Assembly (NCBI GenBank): GCA_945859865.1
Contig: CAMAOY010000001.1
Coordinates: 1 to 56,989 of the forward strand
Reading direction: 5' to 3'
DNA length: 56,989 nucleotides
DNA from: Phenylobacterium deserti
GTDB lineage: Bacteria; Pseudomonadota; Alphaproteobacteria; Caulobacterales; Caulobacteraceae
Position 1 is the stretch's first letter. Each line of letters starts with the position of its first letter. Below are positions 10,962-21,846 of the stretch, piece by piece. The notes beneath the pieces are model-generated. The model worked only from the letters and a program-made list of their open reading frames with translations, was not told the origin of the DNA and ran no database searches. Made by a program: the position numbers and the translations under genes.

Positions 10962-11510
10962 ATGTCCTTCTTTTCGCAGCTTCCCCGCCCGTCCCGCAAG
11001 CGGGTGCTCGGCCTGGCCATCCTTGCTGGCCCCCTGGTCCTGGCCGGTGCCCTTCTGCCCGCCTACCTCGCTGATCCGGAAGGCGTCCGGGCCCTGTTTG
11101 CCGTCCGCCTGCACGGACCCGACCTTGAGCTCCTCGGCCGGACCTCCCCGGTCATCCTTGTCCATCTCGCCTTCGGAGTGCTGGCCCTGGCGGTCGGCGC
11201 CATTCTGCTGGCGGGCCGCAAGGGGGCCCGGATGCACCGGGTCCTGGGCTGGGCCTGGGTCCTGGCGGTCGGGACCGTCGCCCTCACCTCCCTGTTCATC
11301 AAGACGCAGAACCCGGGGCACTTCTCGATCATCCACCTCCTCAGCGGCTATGTGATCATCGCCCTTCCCCTCGCCGTCGCCGCAGCCCGCCGCCATGATG
11401 TCCAGCGGCACCGCAGGTACATGACCGGCATGTATCTGGGCGGCTTCGCCGTGAACCTCGTCTTCGTTCTGCTGCCAGGGCGTCTGGTCTGGAACCTGTT
11501 CCTCGGCTGA
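10962..11510 (+). CDS. DUF2306-like membrane protein
   Basis: RKG..MHRVLGWAW, FS.IHLLS, HRRYM..MYLGG, LLPGR. Five TM segments; RBS GGAG. Confidence 0.78.
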   Translation: MSFFSQLPRPSRKRVLGLAILAGPLVLAGALLPAYLADPEGVRALFAVRLHGPDLELLGRTSPVILVHLAFGVLALAVGAILLAGRKGARMHRVLGWAWVLAVGTVALTSLFIKTQNPGHFSIIHLLSGYVIIALPLAVAAARRHDVQRHRRYMTGMYLGGFAVNLVFVLLPGRLVWNLFLG

Positions 11511-11557
11511 TCCCCGCACCGCACCGAAACTGACTCTGCAGCAGGCCCCTTCGGCGG

Positions 11558-11586
11558 TTGCCTGATCTCCGGGGGGTGCCTATAAA
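11558..11586 (+). promoter_or_regulatory. Putative sigma70-type promoter of the sucCD-sucAB-lpdA operon
   Basis: TTGCCT-N17-TATAAA, 50 bp upstream of the sucC ATG. Confidence 0.55.
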
Positions 11587-11636
11587 ACGGCCACTCGCCA
11601 AACGGGCGAGCCAGCAGAACAGCGTCTCTGGGCCCC

Positions 11637-12836
11637 ATGAACATCCACGAACATCAAGCCAAGACCGTCCTGTCCGAGTTCGGCGTGGCGGTCCCGCGCG
11701 GGTTTCCCGCCTTTTCCGTCGAAGAGGCCGTAAAGGCCGCTGAACAGTTGGGCGGCCCGGTCTTCGTGGTGAAGTCCCAGATCCACGCCGGCGGGCGCGG
11801 CAAGGGCCGCTTCGAGGGCCTCGGGCCCGACGCCAAGGGCGGCGTCCGGGTGGTCAAGAGTGTCGACGAGGTGCGGATCAACGCCCAGGAAATGCTCGGC
11901 CGGGTCCTGGTGACGCACCAGACCGGGCCCAAGGGCAAGCAGGTCAACCGTCTCTACATCGAAGAAGGCGCGGCCATCGCCAAGGAGTTCTACCTGTCCC
12001 TCCTGGTCGACCGCGAAACCAGCTGGGTCTCGGTGGTCGCCTCGACGGAGGGCGGCATGGATATTGAAACCGTCGCCCACGACACGCCGGAAAAGATCAT
12101 TACCTTCGGAATCGATCCGGCGACCGGCGTCTGGCCGTTCCACGGGCGCACCCTGTCCAAGGCCCTGGGTCTCAGCGGCGACCTCGCTAAGCAGGCGACC
12201 AAGCTTCTGGGTCAGCTCTACGCGGCCTTCGTCGCCAAAGACATGGCGATGCTCGAGATCAACCCGCTGATCGTGACCGCCGATGACCAGTTGCGGGTCC
12301 TGGACGCCAAGGTGTCCTTCGACTCCAACGCCCTCTACCGGCATCCGGAAGTGGTGGCTCTGCGCGACGAGAGCGAAGAAGATCCCAAGGAGATCGAAGC
12401 TTCTAAGTTCGACCTCTCCTACATCGCCCTCGACGGCGAAATCGGCTGCATGGTCAACGGTGCCGGCCTTGCCATGGCGACCATGGACATCATCAAGCTC
12501 TACGGTGCCGAGCCCGCCAATTTCCTGGACGTCGGTGGCGGTGCGGACGAAGCCAAGGTGACGGCCGCCTTCAAGATCATCATGGCTGATCCCAATGTGA
12601 AGGGCATTCTGGTCAACATTTTCGGCGGGATCGCCCGGTGCGATATCCTGGCCAACGGCGTGGTTAACGCCGTCAAGCAGGTAGGCCTGACTGTGCCCCT
12701 GGTGGTGCGCCTGGAAGGCACAAACGCCGAGTTGGGCAAGAAGATCATCAATGAGAGCGGCCTCAACGTCATTGCCGCCAATGACCTCAGCGATGGCGCC
12801 GAGAAGATTGTGAAAGCCGTGCGGGGGCTCGCCTAA
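11637..12836 (+). CDS. sucC: Succinyl-CoA synthetase beta subunit
   Basis: [54 protein letters not shown]. Confidence 0.97.
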   Translation: MNIHEHQAKTVLSEFGVAVPRGFPAFSVEEAVKAAEQLGGPVFVVKSQIHAGGRGKGRFEGLGPDAKGGVRVVKSVDEVRINAQEMLGRVLVTHQTGPKGKQVNRLYIEEGAAIAKEFYLSLLVDRETSWVSVVASTEGGMDIETVAHDTPEKIITFGIDPATGVWPFHGRTLSKALGLSGDLAKQATKLLGQLYAAFVAKDMAMLEINPLIVTADDQLRVLDAKVSFDSNALYRHPEVVALRDESEEDPKEIEASKFDLSYIALDGEIGCMVNGAGLAMATMDIIKLYGAEPANFLDVGGGADEAKVTAAFKIIMADPNVKGILVNIFGGIARCDILANGVVNAVKQVGLTVPLVVRLEGTNAELGKKIINESGLNVIAANDLSDGAEKIVKAVRGLA

Positions 12837-13714
12837 TGTCCATTCTGATCGGCAAGGAAACCCGGGTCATCTGCCAGGGCATTACCGGCGCCCAGGGCAC
12901 CTTCCACTCCGAGCAGGCCATCGCCTACGGAACCAAGATGGTCGGCGGCGTGACCCCCGGCAAGGGCGGGACCACCCATGTGGGTCTGCCCGTGTTCAAT
13001 ACGGTGGATGAAGCCGTGCGGCAAACGGGCGCAGACGCCAGCGTGATCTATGTGCCGCCGCCCTTCGCCGCGGATTCGATCCTCGAAGCGATCGACGCTG
13101 GGATTCCGCTGATCATCTGCATCACTGAAGGCATTCCTGTCGCCGACATGATCAAGGTCAAGCGCGCCCTGTCGGGCTCGAAGTCCCGGCTGATCGGCCC
13201 CAACTGCCCGGGCGTCCTGACGCCGGAAGCCTGCAAGATCGGGATCATGCCCGGAAATATCTTCAGAAAAGGCTCGGTCGGGGTGGTTTCGCGCTCGGGT
13301 ACCCTTACCTATGAGGCGGTCTTCCAGACCACCCAGGTGGGCCTTGGGCAGACCACAGCCGTGGGCATTGGCGGCGACCCCGTGAAGGGAACGGAGTTCA
13401 TCGACATACTCGACTTGTTCCTGAAGGACCCCGAGACCGAGTCGATCATCATGATCGGCGAAATCGGCGGTTCGGCCGAAGAAGATGCTGCGGAATTCAT
13501 AAAGAATTCAGCGATTCGGAAGCCTATGGTCGGCTTCATTGCGGGCCGTACCGCACCGCCCGGACGCAGGATGGGCCATGCCGGTGCCATCATCTCGGGC
13601 GGCAAGGGCGGCGCGGAGGACAAGATTTCGGCGATGGAGTCGGCGGGAATCCACGTGGCGCCGTCTCCTGCGAAGCTGGGAGAAACCCTGCTCGAGGTAC
13701 TGAAGGGTACCTGA
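12836..13714 (+). CDS. sucD: Succinyl-CoA synthetase alpha subunit
   Basis: [47 protein letters not shown]. Confidence 0.97.
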   Translation: MSILIGKETRVICQGITGAQGTFHSEQAIAYGTKMVGGVTPGKGGTTHVGLPVFNTVDEAVRQTGADASVIYVPPPFAADSILEAIDAGIPLIICITEGIPVADMIKVKRALSGSKSRLIGPNCPGVLTPEACKIGIMPGNIFRKGSVGVVSRSGTLTYEAVFQTTQVGLGQTTAVGIGGDPVKGTEFIDILDLFLKDPETESIIMIGEIGGSAEEDAAEFIKNSAIRKPMVGFIAGRTAPPGRRMGHAGAIISGGKGGAEDKISAMESAGIHVAPSPAKLGETLLEVLKGT

Positions 13715-13796
13715 GGGGGCCACAATTCAATCTTGAGCGGTCCAGCTCGTCTCTCCTCCAGAAGGCGTCGCGGGCCGCCGGCGACAGGCGGGCAAC

Positions 13797-16745
13797 ATGG
13801 CGGATGACGCTGGACGGATCAACGAGCTCCTGGCGGAGACTTCCTTCCTTTATGGCGGCAACGCCGCCTTCATTGAGGACCTCTACGCGCGTTGGCTGAA
13901 TGTGCCCGACTCGGTCGAGGCGTCCTGGCGCAGTTTCTTCGCCTCGGTTCATGACCGTGCCGGAGCGGGTCAGCCCCTGTCCCCCCCGGCCTGGACTGCC
14001 CGCACGGCGCCGGTCGCCCGTCCGGACTGGCTTTCCGCCATCGACGGGCTCTGGCCTGCCGTCGAAGCCAAGCTGACCTCGACGATCTCCGAGCGGACCC
14101 CCGCCGTGGCGTCGCAGGACGTCCGTGCGGCCACCCTCGATTCCCTGCGCGCCATCATGATGATCCGGGCCTACCGGGTGCGGGGGCATCTGCGGGCCAA
14201 CCTGGACCCTCTTGGCATCGCCGTTCCCGAGGGCGACGCCACCGAGCTCGATCCCGCCTCCTACGGCTTCTCCGAGGCGGACTACGACCGTCCCATCTTC
14301 CTGGACTACGTCCTGGGCCTGGAGACCGGCACGCTCCGCGAGATCCTCGCCATCCTCAAGCGCACCTACTGCGCCGACATCGGCGTGCAGTACATGCACA
14401 TCTCCGACCCGACGCAGAAGGCCTGGCTCCAGGAGCGGATCGAGGGGCGGGACAAGGAGATCGTCTTCACCCGCGAGGGCAAGATCGCCATCCTCAAGAA
14501 GCTGATCGAGGCCGAGGGCTTCGAGCGCTTCCTGCACAAGCGCTTCCCCGGCACCAAGCGCTTCGGCCTGGACGGCGGCGAGGCCATGGTCCCGGCCCTC
14601 GAGCAGATCATCAAGCGCGGCGGGGCCCTGGGCGTCCGCGACATCGTCATCGGCATGCCCCACCGCGGCCGGCTGAATGTCCTGGCCGCTGTGATGGGCA
14701 AGCCCTACCGGATCATCTTCCACGAGTTCCAGGGCGGCTCGACCCTGCCTTCGGACGTGCAGGGGTCCGGCGACGTGAAGTACCACATGGGTGCCTCCTC
14801 CGACCGCGCCTTCGACGGTAACAACGTCCACCTGTCCCTGACGGCCAACCCGTCACACCTGGAGATCGTGAATCCCGTCGTCCTGGGGAAGGCCCGCGCC
14901 AAACAGGCCTACGTGCTGCGCGAGACCTCCAACGCCGGCCGTGGCCACGTCCTGCCCCTTCTGATGCACGGCGACGCCGCCTTCGCGGGCCAGGGCGTGG
15001 TGGCCGAGTGCTTCGCCATCTCCGACACCCGGGGTTACAGGACCGGCGGCTGCATCCACTTCATCGTCAATAACCAGATCGGCTTCACCACGGCACCCAA
15101 GTACAGCCGGTCCTCGCCCTATCCCTCGGATGTGGCGCTGATGGTCGAGGCGCCGATCTTCCACGTCAACGGGGACGCCCCCGAGGCGACGGTCTATGCC
15201 GTCAAGGTGGCCACAGAGTTCCGCCAGAAGTTCGGCCGGGATGTTGTCATCGACATGTTCTGCTACCGGCGGTTCGGTCACAACGAGGGCGATGACCCGA
15301 CCATGACCTCGCCGCTCATGTATGCCCGGATCAAGGATCACCCGAGCACGCGGGAGATCTACGCCCGCCAGCTGATCGGTGAGGGCGTGGTCACTGGGGA
15401 TGACGTCACCCAGTGGGTGACGGAGTTCGAGGCCCTGCTCGACGTGGAGTTGGATGCGGCCAAGACCTACGAGGCCGACAAGGCGGACTGGCTGGACGGC
15501 AAGTGGGCGGGGCTGGCCCTGCCCGAAGGTGAGGATCGCCGGGGCGACACCTCCGTGCCTCTCGCCCGGCTGCAGGGCCTCGGTGACCGCATCACCGCCC
15601 TCCCGGAGGGCATCGACGTCCACAAGAACGTCCGACGGGTGATCGAGGGCCGAAGGTCGGCCATGGAGTCCGGCGACGGCATAGACTGGGCCACCGCCGA
15701 GCACCTCGCCTTCGGCAGCCTTCTGCAGGATGGGTTCCCCGTCCGACTGGCGGGCCAGGACAGCGTGAGGGGCACCTTCACCCAGCGGCACTGCGACATC
15801 GTCGACCAGACCACCGAGGCGCATTACATCCCCCTCAATAACCTCGGCCCTGGCCAGGCGCATTTCGAGGTCATCGACTCGCCCCTGTCGGAAGAGGCGG
15901 TCCTCGGCTTTGAGTACGGATTCTCCCTCGCCGACCCCAAGACCCTGGTGCTCTGGGAAGGCCAGTTCGGCGACTTCGCCAACGGCGCCCAGGTGGTGAT
16001 CGACCAGTTCATCGCCTCCGGCGAGCGCAAGTGGCTGCGGATGAGCGGCCTCGTCCTCCTCCTGCCCCATGGCTACGAAGGCCAGGGCCCCGAGCACTCC
16101 TCCGCCCGGCTCGAGCGCTTTCTCCAGCTCTGCGCCGAGGACAACCTCCAGGTCGTCAATTGCTCGACCCCGGCCAACTACTTCCATGCCCTGCGGCGGC
16201 AGATGAAGCGCGAGTTCCGCAAGCCGCTGGTGGTCATGACCCCCAAGTCGCTCCTGCGGCACAAGAAGGCGGTGTCCCTGCTGCCGGAAATGGGCGAGGG
16301 CTCGTCCTTCCACAGGGTGCTGCACGATGACGCCGAGCGTGGACGTCACACCGCCCTCACCCTCGACCCGCCGGAGAAGATCCGCCGGGTCGTCCTCTGC
16401 TCGGGCAAGGTCTATTACGACCTCCTGGAGGCCCGGGAGGCGCGCGGCCTGACCGACATCTACCTGATGCGGCTCGAACAGTTCTATCCCTGGCCCATGA
16501 AGTCCCTGTCCACCGAGCTGTCCCGGTTCCCCAACGCCGAACTCGTCTGGTGCCAGGAAGAGCCCAAGAATATGGGCGGCTGGACCTTCGTCGATCCCTG
16601 GCTGGAGCTGACGCTCGAACGCCTCAAGGTAAAGGCCAGGCGCGCCCGCTATGTGGGCCGCCCAGCTACAGCCTCCACCGCCGCTGGCCAGATGAGCCGG
16701 CACAACCGCGAACTCCAGGCCTTCCTGGCCGAAGCCCTCGCCTGA
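13797..16745 (+). CDS. sucA: 2-oxoglutarate dehydrogenase E1 component
   Basis: [61 protein letters not shown]. Confidence 0.97.
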   Translation: MADDAGRINELLAETSFLYGGNAAFIEDLYARWLNVPDSVEASWRSFFASVHDRAGAGQPLSPPAWTARTAPVARPDWLSAIDGLWPAVEAKLTSTISERTPAVASQDVRAATLDSLRAIMMIRAYRVRGHLRANLDPLGIAVPEGDATELDPASYGFSEADYDRPIFLDYVLGLETGTLREILAILKRTYCADIGVQYMHISDPTQKAWLQERIEGRDKEIVFTREGKIAILKKLIEAEGFERFLHKRFPGTKRFGLDGGEAMVPALEQIIKRGGALGVRDIVIGMPHRGRLNVLAAVMGKPYRIIFHEFQGGSTLPSDVQGSGDVKYHMGASSDRAFDGNNVHLSLTANPSHLEIVNPVVLGKARAKQAYVLRETSNAGRGHVLPLLMHGDAAFAGQGVVAECFAISDTRGYRTGGCIHFIVNNQIGFTTAPKYSRSSPYPSDVALMVEAPIFHVNGDAPEATVYAVKVATEFRQKFGRDVVIDMFCYRRFGHNEGDDPTMTSPLMYARIKDHPSTREIYARQLIGEGVVTGDDVTQWVTEFEALLDVELDAAKTYEADKADWLDGKWAGLALPEGEDRRGDTSVPLARLQGLGDRITALPEGIDVHKNVRRVIEGRRSAMESGDGIDWATAEHLAFGSLLQDGFPVRLAGQDSVRGTFTQRHCDIVDQTTEAHYIPLNNLGPGQAHFEVIDSPLSEEAVLGFEYGFSLADPKTLVLWEGQFGDFANGAQVVIDQFIASGERKWLRMSGLVLLLPHGYEGQGPEHSSARLERFLQLCAEDNLQVVNCSTPANYFHALRRQMKREFRKPLVVMTPKSLLRHKKAVSLLPEMGEGSSFHRVLHDDAERGRHTALTLDPPEKIRRVVLCSGKVYYDLLEAREARGLTDIYLMRLEQFYPWPMKSLSTELSRFPNAELVWCQEEPKNMGGWTFVDPWLELTLERLKVKARRARYVGRPATASTAAGQMSRHNRELQAFLAEALA

Positions 16746-16761
16746 CCAAGAGGACACGACC

Positions 16762-17955
16762 ATGGCTGACATCATGACCCCCGCCCTTGGAGAGTCCGTC
16801 TCCGAGGCCACTGTGGCGCGCTGGGCCAAGAAGCCCGGGGAGGCGGTCCGCAAGGACGAGATCCTCGTCGAGCTTGAAACCGACAAGGTCAGCCTCGAGG
16901 TGGCCGCGCCCGCCGATGGCGTCCTGGAGTCCATCTCCGCCGAGGAAGGCGCCACGGTCGAGCCGGGCGCAGTCCTTGGACACCTGAAAGAAGGGGCCGT
17001 CGCCGTCGCGCCCGCCGTCGCGCCCGCTCCGGCTGCTGCGGGCGCAGCCCCCAAGGCGGCCCAGCCGGCGCCCGCCGCCCCGGTCCTGGCCCCTTCGGCC
17101 CAGCGCATCGCCACGGAGGGCGGGCTTGATCCCGCCGCCATCCCCGGCACGGGCAAGGACGGCCGTGTGACCAAGGCCGACGCCCTGGCCGCCCTCGAAG
17201 CCCGGGCCGCCGCCCCGCCGCCGGCACCCGTCCCCGCCGCCCCGCGCGAAGCCCATGCCCGTGAGGAGCGCGTGCGCATGACCCGGCTGCGGCAGACCAT
17301 CGCCCGTCGCCTCAAGGAGGCCCAGCAGACGGCCGCCATGCTCACGACCTTCAACGAGGTCGACATGAGCGCCATCATGGCCCTGCGCAACACCTACAAG
17401 GACGCCTTCGAGAAGACCCACGGCGTCAAGATGGGCTTTATGGGCTTCTTCGTCCGGGCCTGTATCCACGCCCTCAAGGCCGTGCCCGAGGTCAATGCCG
17501 AGATCGACGGCCAGGACCTGATCTACAAGAACCACTACGACATCGGCGTGGCCGTCGGCACCGACCGTGGCCTGGTTGTGCCCGTGGTCCGGGACGCCGA
17601 CGCCCTGTCCCTGGCGGGGGTCGAGAAGGCCATTGGTGCCCTTGGCAAGAAGGCCCGGGACGGTGCCCTGGCCCTGGACGACCTGCAGGGCGGGACCTTC
17701 ACCATCTCGAACGGCGGGGTCTATGGCTCGCTCATGTCGACGCCGATCCTGAATGCGCCCCAGTCGGGCATTCTGGGCATGCACAAGATCCAGGAGCGCC
17801 CAGTGGCCGTGAACGGCCAAGTGGTCATCCGGCCGATGATGTACCTGGCCCTGTCCTATGATCACCGGGTCGTCGACGGCCAGGGTGCCGTGACCTTCCT
17901 GGTCCGCGTCAAGGAAGCCATCGAGGATCCGCAGCGGCTGCTGCTCGACATCTAA
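16762..17955 (+). CDS. sucB: 2-oxoglutarate dehydrogenase E2 (dihydrolipoamide succinyltransferase)
   Basis: Lipoyl motif [34 protein letters not shown]. Confidence 0.97.
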   Translation: MADIMTPALGESVSEATVARWAKKPGEAVRKDEILVELETDKVSLEVAAPADGVLESISAEEGATVEPGAVLGHLKEGAVAVAPAVAPAPAAAGAAPKAAQPAPAAPVLAPSAQRIATEGGLDPAAIPGTGKDGRVTKADALAALEARAAAPPPAPVPAAPREAHAREERVRMTRLRQTIARRLKEAQQTAAMLTTFNEVDMSAIMALRNTYKDAFEKTHGVKMGFMGFFVRACIHALKAVPEVNAEIDGQDLIYKNHYDIGVAVGTDRGLVVPVVRDADALSLAGVEKAIGALGKKARDGALALDDLQGGTFTISNGGVYGSLMSTPILNAPQSGILGMHKIQERPVAVNGQVVIRPMMYLALSYDHRVVDGQGAVTFLVRVKEAIEDPQRLLLDI

Positions 17956-17989
17956 TCCGGTTCAGGCCCCAGGCGCGCGAGGAAATCCC

Positions 17990-19387
17990 ATGTCCCAGTA
18001 CGACGTCGTCATCATCGGGGGCGGCCCCGGGGGCTACAACGCCGCCATCCGCGCCGGCCAGCTTGGCCTGAAGGCCGCCATCGTCGAGATGCGCGACACC
18101 CTTGGCGGTACCTGCCTCAACGTCGGCTGCATGCCCTCCAAGGCCCTGCTGCATGCCTCCGAGCTCTTTGAGTCCGCCAACCGGGAGTTCGAGCACCTGG
18201 GGATCGAGGTCACGCCCCGCCTGAACCTGTCGAAGATGATGGCCCAGAAGGACGAGTCGGTGGTCGCCCTGACCAAGGGCGTCGATTTCCTCATGAAGAA
18301 GAACAAGGTCGAGCGCCTGCTCGGCAGGGGACGGATCGCCGGCCCCAGCCGGGTCGAGGTGGATGGGGCGGATGGCAAGACCCTGACCCTCGAGGCCCGG
18401 AACATCGTCATCGCCACCGGTTCCGAGCCCTCGGGCCTTCCGGGCCTCAAGGTCGACGGCGACCGCATTGTCGACTCCACGGGTGCCCTGGCCCTTTCGG
18501 AGGTTCCCAAGACCCTGGTGGTCATCGGGGCGGGCATCATCGGCCTCGAACTGGGCTCGGTCTGGCGCCGGCTGGGCGCCGAGGTGACGGTGGTCGAGTA
18601 CCTGGACCGTATCTGCCCGGGCATGGACGCCGAGGTTGCCAAGGCTTTCCAGAGGATTCTGGCCAAGCAGGGCGTCAACTTCCGTCTCGGTTCCAAGGTG
18701 ACGGGTGCCAAGGCCGGCAAGTCCCGGGTGGACCTCACGGTCGAGCCCGCCGCGGGCGGTGCCGCCGAGACCCTGACCGCTGACCGGGTCCTCCTGGCCG
18801 TCGGCCGGCGTCCCTATACGGCGGGCCTGGGCCTGGAGACGGTGGGCCTGGTCCCCGACGCCCGGGGCTTCCTGGAGACCGACCACTTCCGCACGGCGGC
18901 GGCGGGTGTCTGGGCCATTGGTGATGTGATCCACGGCCCCATGCTGGCCCACAAGGCCGAGGAGGATGCCGTCGCCTGCATCGAGCTGATCGCCGGCAAG
19001 GCCGGCCATGTGGACTACAACCTGGTGCCCAGCGTGGTCTATACCACCCCCGAAGTCGCCTGGGTCGGCCGCAGCGAAGAGCAGCTCAAGGCCGAGGGCC
19101 GCGCCTATAAGGCTGGCAAGTTCCCCTTCGCCGCCAACAGCCGGGCCAAGATCAACCACGAGACCGACGGCCTCGTGAAGGTCCTGGCCGATGCCGTCAC
19201 GGACGAGGTCCTGGGCGTGCATATCCTGGGGCCCCAGGCGGGCGAGATGATCGGCGAATACTGCGTGGCCATGGCCTTCCGGGCCGCCAGCGAGGACATC
19301 GCCCGCATCTGCCATCCGCACCCGACGCGCTCCGAGGCTGGCCGGCAGGCGGCTATGGGCGTCGAGGGCTGGACCATGCAGGCCTGA
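17990..19387 (+). CDS. lpdA: Dihydrolipoyl dehydrogenase
   Basis: GGGPGGY, GGTCLNVGCMPSK, GAGIIGLE, MLAHKAE, HPHPTRSE. Confidence 0.97.
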   Translation: MSQYDVVIIGGGPGGYNAAIRAGQLGLKAAIVEMRDTLGGTCLNVGCMPSKALLHASELFESANREFEHLGIEVTPRLNLSKMMAQKDESVVALTKGVDFLMKKNKVERLLGRGRIAGPSRVEVDGADGKTLTLEARNIVIATGSEPSGLPGLKVDGDRIVDSTGALALSEVPKTLVVIGAGIIGLELGSVWRRLGAEVTVVEYLDRICPGMDAEVAKAFQRILAKQGVNFRLGSKVTGAKAGKSRVDLTVEPAAGGAAETLTADRVLLAVGRRPYTAGLGLETVGLVPDARGFLETDHFRTAAAGVWAIGDVIHGPMLAHKAEEDAVACIELIAGKAGHVDYNLVPSVVYTTPEVAWVGRSEEQLKAEGRAYKAGKFPFAANSRAKINHETDGLVKVLADAVTDEVLGVHILGPQAGEMIGEYCVAMAFRAASEDIARICHPHPTRSEAGRQAAMGVEGWTMQA

Positions 19388-19408
19388 CGGCCTGTCAGCA
19401 GGTCAGGC

Positions 19409-20170
19409 TCAGAAGCCAAGCACCTTGTAGCCGACTTCCAGGCCCCAGTCCCCGAAGCGGCCGTCGCCGGCGAAGACCGAGGGCTTGATCGTCACGATGC
19501 CCGTGCCGCCGAAGGCGGGACCGACCACCCGGCCGTAGGTCACCGCCAGGCCCAGGAAGGTCCTGTCGTTCTCCCAGTCCTGGTTGATTGAGGGATCAAA
19601 CGTGAGGAGGTTCCGCGAATCCTTCAGCTTGGGCACGTAGTAGAAGTCCATGGTGGTGGTCCGGACATCCCGCCTGTGGTCGTCTCCCCAGAGCGACTCC
19701 GAATGAACGAGGGCCGGGGCGAAGATCGCGCCGTCCTTGAGGAACCAGGCCTTGATGAGCGTCCCCTTGAGGACGTTCTTGCCCGTACCGAGCTCATCCC
19801 GGGAGGCGGTGTCGAAGATCATTTCCCCCTGGGCGACCCAGCCGCCCTGTCGGCTCAGGCCGAAGACATGGACCACTTGTACGGAGGCATCGCCCAGGCC
19901 ATAGCTGTCGTCCCCGAGGACGTCGACAGAGGCGAGGGGGACCCGGTAGCGGACGCTCCAGTCCCGCTTTTCGCCCAGGGGGACTGTATAGTTCAGCTTC
20001 AGGGTATCGCTCCGGAAGCCGCCCTTCAGGTCCAGACGCTCCCAGGTCGCGTGGGCCTGGGTGGTCAGCTTGGTTGGGTCCGTGCCGTTGTCGGCGGCCT
20101 CCTCCCCATGGGCGCCTGAAGCAGCGGCGAGGAAGAAAGCCGAGGTAGCGGCCAGAATCACGGTTTTCAT
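19409..20170 (-). CDS. Hypothetical exported protein, probable outer-membrane beta-barrel
   Basis: Signal peptide (MKTVILAATSAFFLAAASGAHG), GLGD motif, alternating beta-strand pattern, C-terminal GYKVLGF ending in Phe. Confidence 0.7.
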   Translation of the reverse strand: MKTVILAATSAFFLAAASGAHGEEAADNGTDPTKLTTQAHATWERLDLKGGFRSDTLKLNYTVPLGEKRDWSVRYRVPLASVDVLGDDSYGLGDASVQVVHVFGLSRQGGWVAQGEMIFDTASRDELGTGKNVLKGTLIKAWFLKDGAIFAPALVHSESLWGDDHRRDVRTTTMDFYYVPKLKDSRNLLTFDPSINQDWENDRTFLGLAVTYGRVVGPAFGGTGIVTIKPSVFAGDGRFGDWGLEVGYKVLGF

Positions 20171-20238
20171 CTTCAGTTTCCCGGAAGTGGGCGGAGGTCT
20201 GCAATTCTAGGGTGTTTACCCTTCCTGACTATCGAAAT

Positions 20239-21153
20239 TCAGGCTCTCGGGTGGGCGCTCGCATAGGCCCGGAGCAGGGCGGCGGAATCCACCTGGGTGT
20301 ACCGTTGGGTGGTGGACAGGGAGGCGTGGCCCAGCAGTTCCTGGATCGACCTGAGATCGGCCCCGGCCCCCAGCAGGTGGGTGGCGAAGGCATGCCTGAG
20401 GGCGTGGGGCGTTGCGCTGTCGGGCAGGCCCAGCCGCCCCCGCATCCCCTGCACGGTGGCCTGGACATGCCGGGGCGAAAGGGGCCCGCCCCGCCGGGCG
20501 CGGAACAGGGGCTCATCGGGCGAAATGGGGAAGGGCAGGGCGCGGGCATAGGCGTCCACCGCCTCGGCCACCCGGGGCAGGATCGGTGCCATCCGGGTCT
20601 TTCCCCCCTTGCCGGTGATGCGCAGGACTTCCCCGAGCGGCGCGTCCCGCCGGCGCAGGGACAGGGCCTCGGAAATGCGCAGGCCGCAGCCGTAGAGCAG
20701 GGTCAGGACCGCAGCATCCCGGGCAGCCTCCCAGGGGTCGAGATTGGCGTCCAGGCCGGGTTCGGCGAGGAGTTCAGCCGCCTGGGTCTCCGTGACCGGG
20801 CGGGGCGTGGAGGGGCGCACACGCGGCCCCCTCACCAGGGCGAGGGACGGATTGGGAATGTCCAGCCGCCGATCCAGGAAGGCATGGAAGGTCCGCACCG
20901 CAGACAGGGACTGGGAAAGGGATCGCGGCGAGAGCGGCGTTTCGCCCTGGCGCAGCACGGCCAGCCAGGCCCGGATCTCCGCCGCGCTGACCTCTCCCAG
21001 GTCGACCGCAGACAGAGGGCCCCCGCGATGGCGCTCCAGGAAGCCCAGATAGCGCCGCCCGATAAATCCGTAGGCGGCCAGGGTGCGCGGCGATAGCCGC
21101 CTTTCCTGCTCCAGGTGCTGCAGCCACTGGTCGAGGGCGGCGCGGGCGTCCAT
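20239..21153 (-). CDS. xerC: Tyrosine recombinase XerC
   Basis: LLYGCGLRISE, GKGGK.R, TPHALRHAFATHLL, IQELLGHASLSTTQRY. Lies downstream of DUF484, the usual xerC context. Confidence 0.92.
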   Translation of the reverse strand: MDARAALDQWLQHLEQERRLSPRTLAAYGFIGRRYLGFLERHRGGPLSAVDLGEVSAAEIRAWLAVLRQGETPLSPRSLSQSLSAVRTFHAFLDRRLDIPNPSLALVRGPRVRPSTPRPVTETQAAELLAEPGLDANLDPWEAARDAAVLTLLYGCGLRISEALSLRRRDAPLGEVLRITGKGGKTRMAPILPRVAEAVDAYARALPFPISPDEPLFRARRGGPLSPRHVQATVQGMRGRLGLPDSATPHALRHAFATHLLGAGADLRSIQELLGHASLSTTQRYTQVDSAALLRAYASAHPRA

Positions 21154-21836
21154 CAGAGCTGGAGCCGCCCCGCCAGCCGCTCGGTCACCCGGGCCATGAA
21201 GCCGACAAGTTCCGGGCCCATGTCCGGGGTGAAGCCTTCGGGGTCGCCGGAGCCAAACCCCATCAGGCCCACGCCCCCGTCGTCGGGCAGGTCCAGCCGG
21301 GCCAGGGCCATGGAGCGGATGAAGGGCGCCTGATCACCGAACAGGCCCAGGGCCGTGGCCCGGAAGCCGAGCAGGAGGTTGGCCCCGGGCTCCAGGAGCT
21401 GGTCCACGCCCCCGGGTGGCAGAGCTCGCCAGCCCTCCGGTGCCGCCAGGCCCTCGAGCCCCAGGGCTCCGGCCTGCAGCCCGAACCGGGTGCGTGCGAT
21501 CTCGTCGAGGCGTCGGGCCAGGTCCGGGGCGTTCCGGGCGTCCAGGAGGTCGACCACCGCCTCCCGGGTCTGGGCATGGGCGACGAAATTGGCCCGCGCC
21601 ACGGCCTCGAGGCTGGCCCGGGCCTCGCTCTCCCGGCGTGCCGTCTCGCTGACCCGGGCCAGGGCCGCGGGACCAAACGCCACCACGCGGGCGTCCGCGC
21701 CAAGAGCCAGGCCGAGGGCCTGTAGGGTCTTGGGATCACCCGTCAGAATGTCCGGACGCTTCAGGAGGGCGGCCCGAACGGTCTCGGGACAGGGATCTTC
21801 CGTCGGCTCTGCCTCGCCTGCCCCGCGCATTCGCAT
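21153..21836 (-). CDS. DUF484 (YigA-like) family protein
   Basis: Coupled to xerC. Motifs LEAVARANF, IRSMALARL, FGS.DP.GFTPDMG.ELV.F.ARV. Exact start uncertain. Confidence 0.78.
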   Translation of the reverse strand: MRMRGAGEAEPTEDPCPETVRAALLKRPDILTGDPKTLQALGLALGADARVVAFGPAALARVSETARRESEARASLEAVARANFVAHAQTREAVVDLLDARNAPDLARRLDEIARTRFGLQAGALGLEGLAAPEGWRALPPGGVDQLLEPGANLLLGFRATALGLFGDQAPFIRSMALARLDLPDDGGVGLMGFGSGDPEGFTPDMGPELVGFMARVTERLAGRLQL

Positions 21837-21846
21837 CTCGCCTCCG

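Noticed and set aside
16995-17250. Ala/Pro-rich low-complexity repeats in sucB
   Set aside because: These are the normal flexible linkers of E2 subunits.
14853-17393. 846-aa ORF antisense to sucA/sucB, and the many other long antisense or alternate-frame ORFs (e.g. 28096-30051, 17909-19321)
   Set aside because: Expected from the scarcity of stop codons at ~70% GC. They fully overlap confident genes and have no recognisable motifs.
20239-21153. Tyrosine recombinase as a possible phage or island integrase
   Set aside because: Size, motifs and DUF484 coupling indicate housekeeping XerC. No att sites, tRNA or cargo genes nearby.
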